A stretch of 64,000 nt of DNA, taken from assembly GCA_963827165.1 (NCBI GenBank), contig CAWGZR010000009.1:64001-128000 (forward strand). The letters are read 5' to 3'. A program made the translations under genes and the position numbers. The notes under the pieces were generated by a model. It did no database searches and was not told the origin of the DNA. It worked only from the letters and a program-made list of their open reading frames with translations. Source of the stretch: Candidatus Bathyarchaeota archaeon. GTDB lineage: Archaea > Thermoproteota > Bathyarchaeia > Bathyarchaeales > Bathycorpusculaceae. Of the stretch, positions 38,866-49,495 are shown piece by piece; positions within the stretch are counted from its first letter, which is position 1, and every line of letters begins with the position of its first letter.

Positions 38866-39025
38866 TTCAACCTTTCACAATGTATTATGCAGCATAGTTG
38901 ATATATAAAATACAGTTGGTGTAAGTTCTCCCAACAGCAAGTTTCTTGGATTTCTGTTTATCGGATTCATTACGCCAAAACTTAAATCGCGTGGCCGACG
39001 ATTAGTAACAGAGAACGGCAAAAGA

Positions 39026-41362
39026 TTGAGTAATAATTTCGAAGAAGTCAGAACATTAACCGATCTTGGCCTCAGCGGTGCCCAAGCTAGAACCTATCTT
39101 GCCCTCATTCATGTAGGCAGTGGGACCATAAGAGAAATAGCTGAAGTTTCAAATGCAGCGCGACCCGATACTTATAGAGCGATTGTTTTCCTGCAACAAG
39201 AGGGAATAGTTGAAAAAATTGTTTCCCTGCCTGCCAAGTATAAGGCTCTGCCAGTCGCGGATGCAGTCGGCATATTAATGCTAAAGAGAAGTAAAGAAAA
39301 TATAGAGTTGAACAAAAGAGTAAATGAATTGATTAAACAAGTTGAAAAGTGGCACTCAAAACCACATAATGAAGAAGAGCAATTCGTATTAGTTCGTGAG
39401 GGCGATGCGCTTGAACTTAAATTCCAAAAGTTGATTGAAACTTCCGAAGACAACCTATGCATTAAAGTATCTTGGCAAAGAATGTTTCGATTCATTGTCG
39501 ACCACTATAAAACTATTGAAAAAGCTTTGCAAAGAAAAGTAAACATTAGAATCCTAACCGAGCAACAGTTTAGTTCAAAGAAGCTAAAAGAAATTAGCGC
39601 TCTTGAAAAATACTTAAATTTTGAAATTAGATATTTGGTTGGACCACCCACGGTTTGGCTAAGAATAAGAGATGGCAAAGAAATCATTCTTCACACGAAA
39701 TCCACAGATGATTTGGATCTTGCTGTGTTATCAAATAATTCGGGTCTAATCGAATTAGCTCAAAACTTCTTTGACTCTGCATGGTTCTCAGCGATCGAAC
39801 CTCAAAATCAGGAGTTCAAACGAGATAGACGCCAGTTTGACTACTTATTTGCAAACATGACCAGAGGCTTCGCTTACAACAAAATTATTTTTGGCGACGA
39901 CGGCAAACCAATTGATTTTACAATACTTGCTGCAAATGATGCTTTTGAAGAAATTACCGGAATAAGCAAGGATAAGAGGGGCAAGAAAGCTTCAAATATT
40001 TTGCCAATGTCGAACAAAGATTTTACGGAGATGCTTGAATCATACGGCCAAACAGTTATTTCAGGAAAATCAGTTAAGTTTGAACGGTATTTTGAGGGAC
40101 TGCAAAAATGGCTATCGATATTGGTGTACACTCCTGAGAAAGGTTATTTTGCTTCTATCCTCGAAGACATTACTGAACGCCAAAAATTGGAAAATGACTT
40201 GCAAGAAAGCGAGGAGAAATATCGATTATTAGTATCCATTGCCCATGAAGGTATTATTGCTTTAAACTCTGAAGATGAAATCATTTTTGCAAATCCAAGA
40301 ATGTACGAAATCGTGGGGACCAAGGAGGGTGAATTAATTGGAAAGAGTTTATTCTGGTACATTCCTGAAAGAGGATTAGCCCATGCAAAATATTATTTGG
40401 ATTTTTGTAAGGCAGGCTTAGGCGGTGAATTTGAGCTTGAGCTTCTTGATGCGGGGGGAAAAGTAATAAACGCCCTATTTTCAGCTTCACCTATTAAAGA
40501 TCAAGGAGGAAAGTGGCTTGGGTCCATGGCCGTTGTATCAGATATCACTGCACGCAAAAAGGAAGAGCAGGAACTAAAAGAAAGTGAAATGAAATATAGA
40601 ACACTCGTTGAACAATCACCGGAGGGAATATTGCTGGGCCAGGGACCACTACCCCATATAGTCTACGCTAACCCAGCTATGAAAAATATTTCTGGTTATA
40701 GCGTTCAAGAATTGAGTTCGTTTACATTTCAACAAACTGTGGGTCTTGTGCATCCAGACGACCGAGAACTCTTCTTTGAACGATTCAAAGACCGGCTAGA
40801 AGGAAAACCTACCCCCGAAAGGTACATGTTCCGCGGAATCAAAAAAGACGGAACCATTATTTGGGTAGATTTGTCCTCTGCTCTGATAGAATATAAAGGA
40901 CAACCAACCGTGCAAGCAATCTTCAGAGATATTACGGATCAAGTAAACACTGAAGAAAGAATCAAACAATCGGAAGAAAAATTCAAAGAGAGTGAAGAGA
41001 AATATCACCGTCTCGCAATCTACGCGCCGGTTGCTATCTATGAAATCGACTGCAAGAGCTTGCGGTTCAAGTGCGTAAATGAGTATATGAGTAAAATATC
41101 GGGGTACTCGGAAAAAGAATTGCTTTCTATGAGCCCACTGGAACTTTTGGACGCGGAGAGCAAAGGAATCTTTCAAAATATTATGAGAAAAAGCATAGCT
41201 GGAGAAAAAATAGACGAAAACATCGAATTCGGAGTAATAACAAAAGATGGTCGACACCTATGGAGTACGCTGAGCGCAAAGTTGACTTACAAGAACAACG
41301 AATTGGATAGCGCTTTCGTAGTTGCCTATAATTTCAACAAAGAAAAAAAGGGAAGACTTTAA
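39026..41362 (+). CDS. TrmB-type wHTH regulator with four C-terminal PAS domains
   Basis: LGLS..QARTYLAL, EIAEVS..ARPDTY, GIVE; TrmB effector-like domain; repeated SEEKYR..EDITER PAS/PAC units. Confidence 0.85.
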   Translation: MSNNFEEVRTLTDLGLSGAQARTYLALIHVGSGTIREIAEVSNAARPDTYRAIVFLQQEGIVEKIVSLPAKYKALPVADAVGILMLKRSKENIELNKRVNELIKQVEKWHSKPHNEEEQFVLVREGDALELKFQKLIETSEDNLCIKVSWQRMFRFIVDHYKTIEKALQRKVNIRILTEQQFSSKKLKEISALEKYLNFEIRYLVGPPTVWLRIRDGKEIILHTKSTDDLDLAVLSNNSGLIELAQNFFDSAWFSAIEPQNQEFKRDRRQFDYLFANMTRGFAYNKIIFGDDGKPIDFTILAANDAFEEITGISKDKRGKKASNILPMSNKDFTEMLESYGQTVISGKSVKFERYFEGLQKWLSILVYTPEKGYFASILEDITERQKLENDLQESEEKYRLLVSIAHEGIIALNSEDEIIFANPRMYEIVGTKEGELIGKSLFWYIPERGLAHAKYYLDFCKAGLGGEFELELLDAGGKVINALFSASPIKDQGGKWLGSMAVVSDITARKKEEQELKESEMKYRTLVEQSPEGILLGQGPLPHIVYANPAMKNISGYSVQELSSFTFQQTVGLVHPDDRELFFERFKDRLEGKPTPERYMFRGIKKDGTIIWVDLSSALIEYKGQPTVQAIFRDITDQVNTEERIKQSEEKFKESEEKYHRLAIYAPVAIYEIDCKSLRFKCVNEYMSKISGYSEKELLSMSPLELLDAESKGIFQNIMRKSIAGEKIDENIEFGVITKDGRHLWSTLSAKLTYKNNELDSAFVVAYNFNKEKKGRL

Positions 41363-41769
41363 TTTCAAAAAGGTTTTGGGCGCATTCAGCCCGGTAATTT
41401 TTTCTTTGAGTTGGGCTCCTTTGGTTTGGAAATTGTAAAATATCAACATCATTTGAGTTAAATAGTTCACTATTAAGAAAATCGCCGCCCAAAAATCCTA
41501 TTCTTCAATACTACTGTTCTCTAGCCCTTGTAGAATATTGTATAAATAAATAGCCAAATTTCAAATCTATGAAAGGAATCTCGGGTAATTGTAGCACAAT
41601 TTTTTCAACTCAATATTGAAAACGATCCTTTTTTTTTGAATTTGTCTGTCAATGCAAATAATTTCTGCTCCTTTATTCTTAATTGGAATTGGAGTAGTCT
41701 GCACTTAGTTTTCCATATTCATAATCGATTTATTCCAATTATTATCATTTGATTTGAACGTGTGCTTCG

Positions 41770-44532
41770 ATGCTAAACCTTGAAGAAGATAGACCAGTCA
41801 TAGAAGTGGATAGCGTGTCGTCTTCAACCAAAAAAAACGTTATACGCATATTGCATGTAGATGATGATCTATGCATTCTGGAAGTTTCAAAACAGATATT
41901 GATAATGGAAAATAACTTTGATATCGAAAATGCTTCATCTGTCGTCGAAGCAATAAGAAAAATGAAAGAAAAAATCTATGATGCAATAATTTCTGATTAT
42001 GAAATGCCTAACAAAAATGGATTAGATTTCTTGAAAGAACTCCGGGAACAAAATAATCAAATCCCGTTTATTCTATTTACAGGGAAAGGCAGAGAAGATG
42101 TCGCTGCAAAAGCTTTGAACTTGGGTGCAGACTGTTACGTAAACAAAAACGGTTCAGTTGAAACAGTCTATTGCGAATTGGCAGATGCAATAAATAAGAC
42201 TGTGGAAAGAAAAAAGTCAGTAAAGCTTCTTGCCGCATCGGAATCAAAATACAGAACATTGGTTGAGAATTCACTTCAAGGATTGTTGATTCTACAAGCG
42301 TCGCCACTCAAGATAGTTTTTGGAAATGCAGCTATCGAGAATATCATGGGTTACTCCATTGCCGAGTTGATGTCCCTTTCGCCCAGAGAAATCACTGAAT
42401 TGGTTTACCATGAGGATAGAATCACCTATTTTGGTCGCTTGGAAGGACGTTTGCGAGGTGAACAACCGAAGTCGTGCTTTGAGTTTCGTGCAGTACGAAA
42501 AGATGGCTCAATAATTTGGTTAGAAGCCCTTTCAAATAGAATTGAGTATGACGGACAGCTTGCTATTCAGGGAATGTTCTTGGATATAACCGAAAGCAAA
42601 AAGGAAAGAGAAATTCTTCAAGAAAGCGAACAAAGATACCGGGAGTTGGCAAATTCTCTGCAGGAGATTGTTTTTGAAACCAACTTAACTGGGAAAATCA
42701 TTTTCTTTAGCCAAAAGTCACATGAAATATCAGGTTTTACCCAAGAAGATCTTGAAAAAGGCATAAACATGCTGTCGTTCGTCGTTCCTGAAGAACGCGA
42801 AAGGGCAAAAGAGAACATGAAGAAGTCGATGGCAGGAAAAACGGACAAAAAAGCCGAAGGTGCCAGAGAGTATACACTCTTAAGAAAAAACGGCTCTACT
42901 TACCCAGCTTTGGTCAAAACAAACCCCATTTTTTCCGCGAACAAAGTGATCGGTCTCAGAGGGCTAGTTATAGACATCACTGACCAGAAGAAAATTGAAC
43001 AGGCACTTATCCAAGAGAAAAACAAGTTTGAATCAGTTATAGCGGCCAGCGGCGCCGGGCTAGTAATTGTCGGCAAGGATTATCATGTGCTTTGGGCAAA
43101 CGACTTCGTAAAACGCTACAAGGGGGACACAATGGGAAAATTGTGTTATGCAACGCTTAACAATTTAGATAAGCCTTGCACAGATTGTGGTGTAGCAAAA
43201 GTTTTTGCAGGAAAAACTACTCTTGACTCCCATGAATACCATTCTACAGATGTAAATGGTAATTCATATTGGGTCGAAATAGTCGCCACACCCATCAAGG
43301 ATAGGAATGGAAACATTACGTCTGCAGTAGAGATTGCGGTAGATATAACCGAACGCAAACATGCCGAGGAAGCCCTGAAAGAAAGCGAGAATAGGGCAAG
43401 AGCTGTAGTCGCTAACTCTCCACTTGGTATTGCCACATCAGGGGCTGACAAACACTTTTTAACTGCGAATAAAGCCTTTTGCCGAATATTAGGTTACACT
43501 GAAGAGGAGTTACGAAACTTAACTTTCAAAGACATTACTTTTTCAGATGATCTCATGGCAAGCGTCAAAAAGATGACAGAGTTGGAAAAGGGCATGATAT
43601 CCTCCTTCACATTTGAGAAGCGCTATGTAAAAAAACAAGGAACAGTGATTGAAGGAAAAATCATGGTTAACGCCCTCCGGAACCATGAAGGTAAACCTAG
43701 TCTCTACGTGGCAGAACTCGAAGACATTACTCAACGCAAAAAGACTGAAAAGCGCCGAGAGGCTTTGGAAAGAAAAGTAAAAAACCATACTGAGCATTTG
43801 AAGCGAACGGTTGATTTGAGAACTGCCGAGTTGAAAACCGCTAATGAGCGACTTGTTAAGTCCGAGCGTTTGGCAGCTATAGGCGAACTAGCCGGTATGG
43901 TTGGGCATGACCTGCGTAATCCTCTTACAGGTATCAAGAATGCAGCGTACTATTTGAAAAAGAAAGGAACTTCAATTTCTGAAGAACAAACTAAAGAAAT
44001 GCTTGAAACAATCGATAAATGCGTTGACCGTTCTGACAAAATCATAAATGACCTTCTAGACTATTCGAGAGAAATGCATCTAGAACTCACAAAATACAAT
44101 GCCAGTGCTCTCATCGACGAGGCCGCTCGGATGGTTCAGGTTCCAGAACGAATCCAAATTGTGAACCATGTCAGCCAAGAGACATTTATTTGGGTTAACG
44201 CTGACAAAATGATTAGAGTTTTTACAAATATTATAAAGAACGCTTTTGATGCAATGCCCCAGAATGGAACGCTTGAGATCAGAAGCGCTCAATATAGAAA
44301 CTGCATTAAGATCGCTTTTGAGGATACGGGCGTCGGCATACCCGAAGAAACTTTGCGAAAGCTTTTCACGCCCTTGTTCACCACCAAGGCGCAGGGAATG
44401 GGTTTTGGCCTTGCTATATGTAAGCGTATCGTAGAAGCGCATGGAGGCATCATAAAAGTGAAAACTGAGGTAAATAATGGAACAACCGTCACAATTTCCT
44501 TGCCCATTAATCGTCAAATTGAAATTATTTGA
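41770..44532 (+). CDS. Hybrid sensor histidine kinase REC-PAS(x4)-HisKA-HATPase
   Basis: LHVDDD/SDYEMP/FTG receiver, HDLRNP H-box, NIIKNA, DTGVG, FTTK, GMGFGL. Confidence 0.93.
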   Translation: MLNLEEDRPVIEVDSVSSSTKKNVIRILHVDDDLCILEVSKQILIMENNFDIENASSVVEAIRKMKEKIYDAIISDYEMPNKNGLDFLKELREQNNQIPFILFTGKGREDVAAKALNLGADCYVNKNGSVETVYCELADAINKTVERKKSVKLLAASESKYRTLVENSLQGLLILQASPLKIVFGNAAIENIMGYSIAELMSLSPREITELVYHEDRITYFGRLEGRLRGEQPKSCFEFRAVRKDGSIIWLEALSNRIEYDGQLAIQGMFLDITESKKEREILQESEQRYRELANSLQEIVFETNLTGKIIFFSQKSHEISGFTQEDLEKGINMLSFVVPEERERAKENMKKSMAGKTDKKAEGAREYTLLRKNGSTYPALVKTNPIFSANKVIGLRGLVIDITDQKKIEQALIQEKNKFESVIAASGAGLVIVGKDYHVLWANDFVKRYKGDTMGKLCYATLNNLDKPCTDCGVAKVFAGKTTLDSHEYHSTDVNGNSYWVEIVATPIKDRNGNITSAVEIAVDITERKHAEEALKESENRARAVVANSPLGIATSGADKHFLTANKAFCRILGYTEEELRNLTFKDITFSDDLMASVKKMTELEKGMISSFTFEKRYVKKQGTVIEGKIMVNALRNHEGKPSLYVAELEDITQRKKTEKRREALERKVKNHTEHLKRTVDLRTAELKTANERLVKSERLAAIGELAGMVGHDLRNPLTGIKNAAYYLKKKGTSISEEQTKEMLETIDKCVDRSDKIINDLLDYSREMHLELTKYNASALIDEAARMVQVPERIQIVNHVSQETFIWVNADKMIRVFTNIIKNAFDAMPQNGTLEIRSAQYRNCIKIAFEDTGVGIPEETLRKLFTPLFTTKAQGMGFGLAICKRIVEAHGGIIKVKTEVNNGTTVTISLPINRQIEII

Positions 44533-44559
44533 GAATCAGCGGATAATTGGAGAATAAAA

Positions 44560-46065
44560 ATGCAAACTGAAGACAAAGCTTCACTATTGCCTGAAAACTT
44601 GGTAAATTGTGATACCTTAAGAGAAAATTTGCTTGAGACGAACAACATTATAGATTGTCTTGGCGACCTACTATTTGTCATAGATAGAAACCGGTTAATA
44701 ACCAAAGTTAACCGAGTTACCTGCGAGTTCTTCAAAAAGAAACCTGAGGAACTGATAGGTAGGCACTGTTATGAAATCATGCACGGCTCAAAAGAGCCCT
44801 GGTGTAATTGTCCGGCAACAAAGACATTAGAAACAAAGCACATTGCAACCGAAGAAATAAAGGACCAACATTTGGGCATTCCTCTTTTGATCACCACTTC
44901 AGCAATTCTTAATCAACAAGGCGAAGTCGCTCATGTTATCCATATTGCTAAAGACATCAGTAAACAAAAGAAAGATGAAGAAGCGATCAAGATTCAAGCT
45001 AATTTGTTAGATTATGTCGGACAGGCAATTATAATGGTGGACAGTAGCAGAGTAGTTCGTTTTTGGAACAATGCAGCCGTAAATCTTTATGGTTGGTCAA
45101 AAGAACAAGCATTGGGGCATAAGGTCACAGAGCTATTGAGTCTTGTTTCGCAAAATGAGGTTGACGAAACAGCAAAGAGGTTAATGGCTGGTGAGAGCTG
45201 GTCAACTGAAACATTGGCCGAGAACAAAGACGGTTCTACCGTACCAGTAATTTTGAACTTAACGCCAGTTTACAATACAGACGGTGAGTTTCTTGGTGCT
45301 ACCAGCATAACTACTGACATAAGCTTGCAAAAAACCATTGAGGCCGACCTGACTTTATCATTAACTTCGTTGTCAGAAACCTTGGATAAAATTCAAGAAT
45401 TAAACGAAAAACTCCGAGTAGTCGGAAGCTTGACTAGGCATGATGTCCGTAACAAGCTCTCTACTGTCACCGGTTATGCGTACATACTTAAGAAAAAGCA
45501 TCATGAAGAGGAAGATATTGTTGATGGGTTAAAAAAGATGGAACAAGCGGTGGAAGAGATTGTCAGAATTCTTGATTTTGCCAAAATGTATGAGCAAATT
45601 GGTGTGGAAGAATTAACCTACATAAACGTGGAAGAGAAACTAAACGAAGCAGTTGCTTTCTTTTCAGGGATCAATTTAACGATAACAAATGAATGTCAGG
45701 GATTAACTTTACTCGCTGATTCTTTTCTGAGGCAACTCTTCTACAATTTCATTGATAACACAAAGAAATATGGTAAAAAAACCACAATCATAAAGACGTA
45801 TTTCGAAATGGCAGATCAAGATAGCCTCAAGTTAGTTTACGAGGATGATGGGGTAGGCATTTCTTTTGAGAATAAACGTCATCTTTTCTCTGAAGGCTTT
45901 ACTACTGGGGGGAGCACAGGTTTTGGGTTATTCTTGATCAAGAAGATGATTGATGTTTATGGCTGGCGAATTCAAGAGGAGGGCACTCCTGGAGAAGGAG
46001 CAAGATTTGTTATAACTATCCCAAAATTGAATGGTGCAAAAAGAGAAAATTATCAAATTGCATAA
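44560..46065 (+). CDS. PAS-PAS sensor histidine kinase
   Basis: RHDVRNKL H-box, NFIDN, DDGVG, GFGL. Confidence 0.9.
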   Translation: MQTEDKASLLPENLVNCDTLRENLLETNNIIDCLGDLLFVIDRNRLITKVNRVTCEFFKKKPEELIGRHCYEIMHGSKEPWCNCPATKTLETKHIATEEIKDQHLGIPLLITTSAILNQQGEVAHVIHIAKDISKQKKDEEAIKIQANLLDYVGQAIIMVDSSRVVRFWNNAAVNLYGWSKEQALGHKVTELLSLVSQNEVDETAKRLMAGESWSTETLAENKDGSTVPVILNLTPVYNTDGEFLGATSITTDISLQKTIEADLTLSLTSLSETLDKIQELNEKLRVVGSLTRHDVRNKLSTVTGYAYILKKKHHEEEDIVDGLKKMEQAVEEIVRILDFAKMYEQIGVEELTYINVEEKLNEAVAFFSGINLTITNECQGLTLLADSFLRQLFYNFIDNTKKYGKKTTIIKTYFEMADQDSLKLVYEDDGVGISFENKRHLFSEGFTTGGSTGFGLFLIKKMIDVYGWRIQEEGTPGEGARFVITIPKLNGAKRENYQIA

Positions 46066-46435
46066 TGGAGTTCCTCAAAGAAAATCTCAACTGGAAATTC
46101 TATATCTTGAACCCAAAAAAACGGTTTAAATTAAACTCGCATTCGAGAAACCCAGAAGATTTGAAAAAACTCCTTTCTGGCGTTTCTATAACAGCTCTTG
46201 GTTCAATGCGGTCGCCTTTCGGAACGCTAAAACAATAGCCATTCTTTTTCTCAAGTGTTACCAGAATAAGGATCAGCTTCAACTTCTCAACCTCCATGTA
46301 CTTTGGAAGCCAACCGCGTTAGGTGTGTCGATAACCGACCAATAGAAACATCATTTTTTCTTAGCGAACTTCTGAAAGGGCGTTGCAGAAAAAAATCGAA
46401 GAGTAGTATTTAAATAGCGACATTCAATTGGCGAC

Positions 46436-46801
46436 TCAGTACCATTTTCTGATTTCCGACACGGCATTTTCAGAGTTCTTTTGACTTAGCATACAGTCTA
46501 AAACTTTTTCGCATTCCACACATTGCTGCGGAATTATTTCAGTTTTTTCTTTTTGATTTAAGAAACCAAACCAATATTGGCAACCGGTTTTTGCGCTTTC
46601 GTCTATTCTTTGAAGGCAATGAGGACAGACTGGAACTAACTTTGGCGCGTCAAAACCCTTCTTGCACTTAGAGCAGCGGTTTTTGTTTTCACCATCATAC
46701 ACTTGATTTTTTTGATTCATTTCTTCAAGTGCACGCTTTCGGTCTTCTTCGCGCTTTTGGTCCAATATCCACAAATTTATGTGTTCGTTTTTGGATACCA
46801 T
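46436..46801 (-). CDS. Cys-rich (zinc-binding) hypothetical protein
   Basis: CSKC...CPHC plus CQYWFGFL...CVEC...C. Confidence 0.7.
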   Translation of the reverse strand: MVSKNEHINLWILDQKREEDRKRALEEMNQKNQVYDGENKNRCSKCKKGFDAPKLVPVCPHCLQRIDESAKTGCQYWFGFLNQKEKTEIIPQQCVECEKVLDCMLSQKNSENAVSEIRKWY

Positions 46802-47244
46802 TTTTTCAATATCAACTCGTCTCTATTCTATCTATCATGAAGTTTTTCCACAATCTCCAGGAAAATTGTCTGGAGTCACTCTCCTTTTCATTTTTTGAGG
46901 TTACAAGAGGTGAAAAATGCATGGTACGATTTATTCGGATAAGTCTATTCTTGGCTCAACAGAAGATCTTTTGGGTCTGAACCGTTCAAAACACCTTCAT
47001 CGTCAACTTGTAAAACTTGAAGTTGATTTTTCTTGTAATAATCGACTCAAACAAGCAATATTATTAATGTTCCATTCGGGTTTATATTGTATTAAACTGT
47101 CCTCCTCTCAAGTAGTCGATGAATTGACAATAAATCTATTATGAATCATGTTACTTAATTGCTAAATACTCCAACTCGGAACAAACAAAATCGCTTTTTT
47201 AGGCGAGAACATTTTTACCGAAACCACAACTGTTGAGAAAACTG

Positions 47245-47685
47245 TTAGCTGAATCTCCTTGATTTGCTTTCGGAACAGTGGGGATTAAAGCAATTAAGAC
47301 ATCCTTTAGGGAAGGTTTGGCAGAGTTGTTTTTTCTTAAAACCCCATTTATTTCTTAGTTCTTCGGCTTCTCCTTCTTGATCAACTGACCGATTTTTCGG
47401 TTCAGTGTAGTTAATGTATGCATGGGCTATTTCGTGGGCTATCAGGGATTCCGAGTCTGTTCTCTTTAGTATTATCATATATGGCTTGTTTATTTCTTGC
47501 ACTTGGATGGTTTGACTTTGACCCGCATGAAAAGAAATGTTTTGCAATGTGAATTGATAAACTTCTTCAGGGATCCTCGCCAAAGTATTTAGTAATCTTT
47601 TGTGTAGGGAACTCCATCTTTGAGCAAGGTGAATAAATTCGTCAATATCACTCTTTAGATCAATCTCGGTTTTGTCTCTTCTCAT
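47245..47685 (-). CDS. Small HExxH zincin-like protein with C-terminal Cys cluster
   Basis: IAHEIAHAY...EGEAE; C...CLNC...C; AGGAG upstream. Confidence 0.65.
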   Translation of the reverse strand: MRRDKTEIDLKSDIDEFIHLAQRWSSLHKRLLNTLARIPEEVYQFTLQNISFHAGQSQTIQVQEINKPYMIILKRTDSESLIAHEIAHAYINYTEPKNRSVDQEGEAEELRNKWGFKKKQLCQTFPKGCLNCFNPHCSESKSRRFS

Positions 47686-48215
47686 CTTTCATTCTCCTGT
47701 TCTTGATCTCGCTCGGCTGCAGCCTTCTTCGATGCTCAGGCAGAACTCACATGTTTAATTAATTCATTAAGGCGCTCAATTCACAATTTCTTGATCCCTC
47801 ATGAATTTTTGCAAGTTCATTCTTGTAAAGCCAATTTCTAGACAGTTTCCGACAAAGACTGGATCTTTAAAACGAAGTAGGATGGTTCTAAATGATAGCC
47901 TACATTGATGACTTTTATACAATCCAGAGCCGCAATAAGAAAGAACTGAAGCATACATTTCCAGAATTCAACGAACTTGGGCAGTTTGCTAAAAGGGTAA
48001 AAACTTTGAAAACGCATGATTGAGCCATTTTCAGGTATAATTGAGACTGCGAGAGAAAATACTTTGGCACCTCAATAGTAAGGTTATGTGACAAGCGGAA
48101 CAAGGCTGTCTAAATAGCCCATGTTGGGACTGGCTTCACCGACAAACGCCCAAAAGACCGATAAAGGGCAGAAGTTTTTCTGCCTAAGCGTAAATTTCAC
48201 TCACCTGTAAAAGTA

Positions 48216-48629
48216 TTATGAAACTACGCTTGTCACGAATTGAACTGCGAAAAGATGCCCCATGAAAAAAATAGGTACCAATATCATAGTTGTTTCTGTA
48301 GGTCCTCTCTCTTTGTTGATGAATGTCAGGTGTATCGTCGAAGCAATCATCTTATTCACTAGGTTCCAATATGCTGTTGATAGTGTTTCTCGACTATTCT
48401 CGGCAACAAAAATATCGAGGAAACCTTCTATTGCGGCCCATTCTTTCGGCGACTTATAGCCCAACATTGTTGCAAACTTGAGGTTGCAGGCTTTGTGGTT
48501 ATCGTCAAGATATATGTAGATGGGTTGTTCTGATTTTTCCAAGATTGGTTTCATTTGCTCAAATAGGGCTTCTACAAGCTCCTTGTGATGAGCCTCGGCT
48601 GTTTGCAGTTTCTCGGCCATAAAATTCAC
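48216..48629 (-). CDS. Stand-alone PAS-like domain protein
   Basis: PIYIYLD..ACNLKFATMLGY; AGGTGA near start. Confidence 0.7.
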   Translation of the reverse strand: MNFMAEKLQTAEAHHKELVEALFEQMKPILEKSEQPIYIYLDDNHKACNLKFATMLGYKSPKEWAAIEGFLDIFVAENSRETLSTAYWNLVNKMIASTIHLTFINKERGPTETTMILVPIFFMGHLFAVQFVTSVVS

Positions 48630-48890
48630 CTAAAAGTAAACAATGCAATTAAAAGAACATAAGTAATTGTGATTGTAGAATTACAGTAACAAGCCAAATC
48701 AATATTCGAGCATCTAATATTCTCACTACCTCTTTCAAAAAACTTAAGATGGGAATTCGTTTGCTAAAGAAGTATTTCTTGGTCAGAGAATAGGTGACTT
48801 TTGAGTTCTTCTATTTTACTCAACGGAAATTCCGAGATAAGAAATAAATAGCCATTTTACTCTTGGTTAACTAAAAGAGGGATTATTGTT

Positions 48891-49040
48891 TTGACTCGTC
48901 CAGTTTGTGCTAAATGTCAGGCTAATGTTTCCGAATTTGGGAGTTACAAATTAAGCGTTGCCGCAGATGGCTCAGCAAAAGATGTCTTAGTTATTTTTTG
49001 CACCAACTGTGGGGCAGTCCAAGGCGTAGTAAATTTCTGA
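48891..49040 (+). CDS. Unannotated 49-aa zinc-ribbon microprotein
   Basis: MTRPVCAKC...IFCTNCGAVQGVVNF; GAGGGA SD upstream of TTG. Confidence 0.65.
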   Translation: MTRPVCAKCQANVSEFGSYKLSVAADGSAKDVLVIFCTNCGAVQGVVNF

Positions 49041-49495
49041 GGAAAATCGCTGCAAATAACTAACCAGTTACTCGGGAGTTTTATCATCAGTCATATTCAA
49101 TCGGCGCATTAATTAGATTACCACTTCTTTTCGAACAGGTTTAAGACCATCGAATGCTGACGAAAACAACTTTAGAGATTCGTAAAACGGTTGGAAAGAC
49201 TGATGTCTTAGGTTTAGAACGCGCAGAAGATCCAGAGCTAACTTAGCGCATAGGTTTTCTTCGGTTCTCAAATTCTAGGAAAATTGATCCCGATGTTGAA
49301 GGCGAAATAAATGAAATCGTTCTGTCAGTATTGAAAAAGCACGCGTAACAACAATCAATTGAAAATGAAGAGAGCTAATGACTTAAATAAACAAAAAGGA
49401 AAGACCTTAGTCATCGTCAACAAGGCCGCAGCAATTCAAACAAAACGTTCATTTCTATCACCGCGCATCTTGAACGTGAAGTTGGTTTATAGCTC

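Noticed and set aside
46100-48103. Short ORFs 46100-46297, 46729-46980, 46917-47144, 47776-47958, 47915-48103
   Set aside because: No recognisable motifs; possibly gene remnants or spurious
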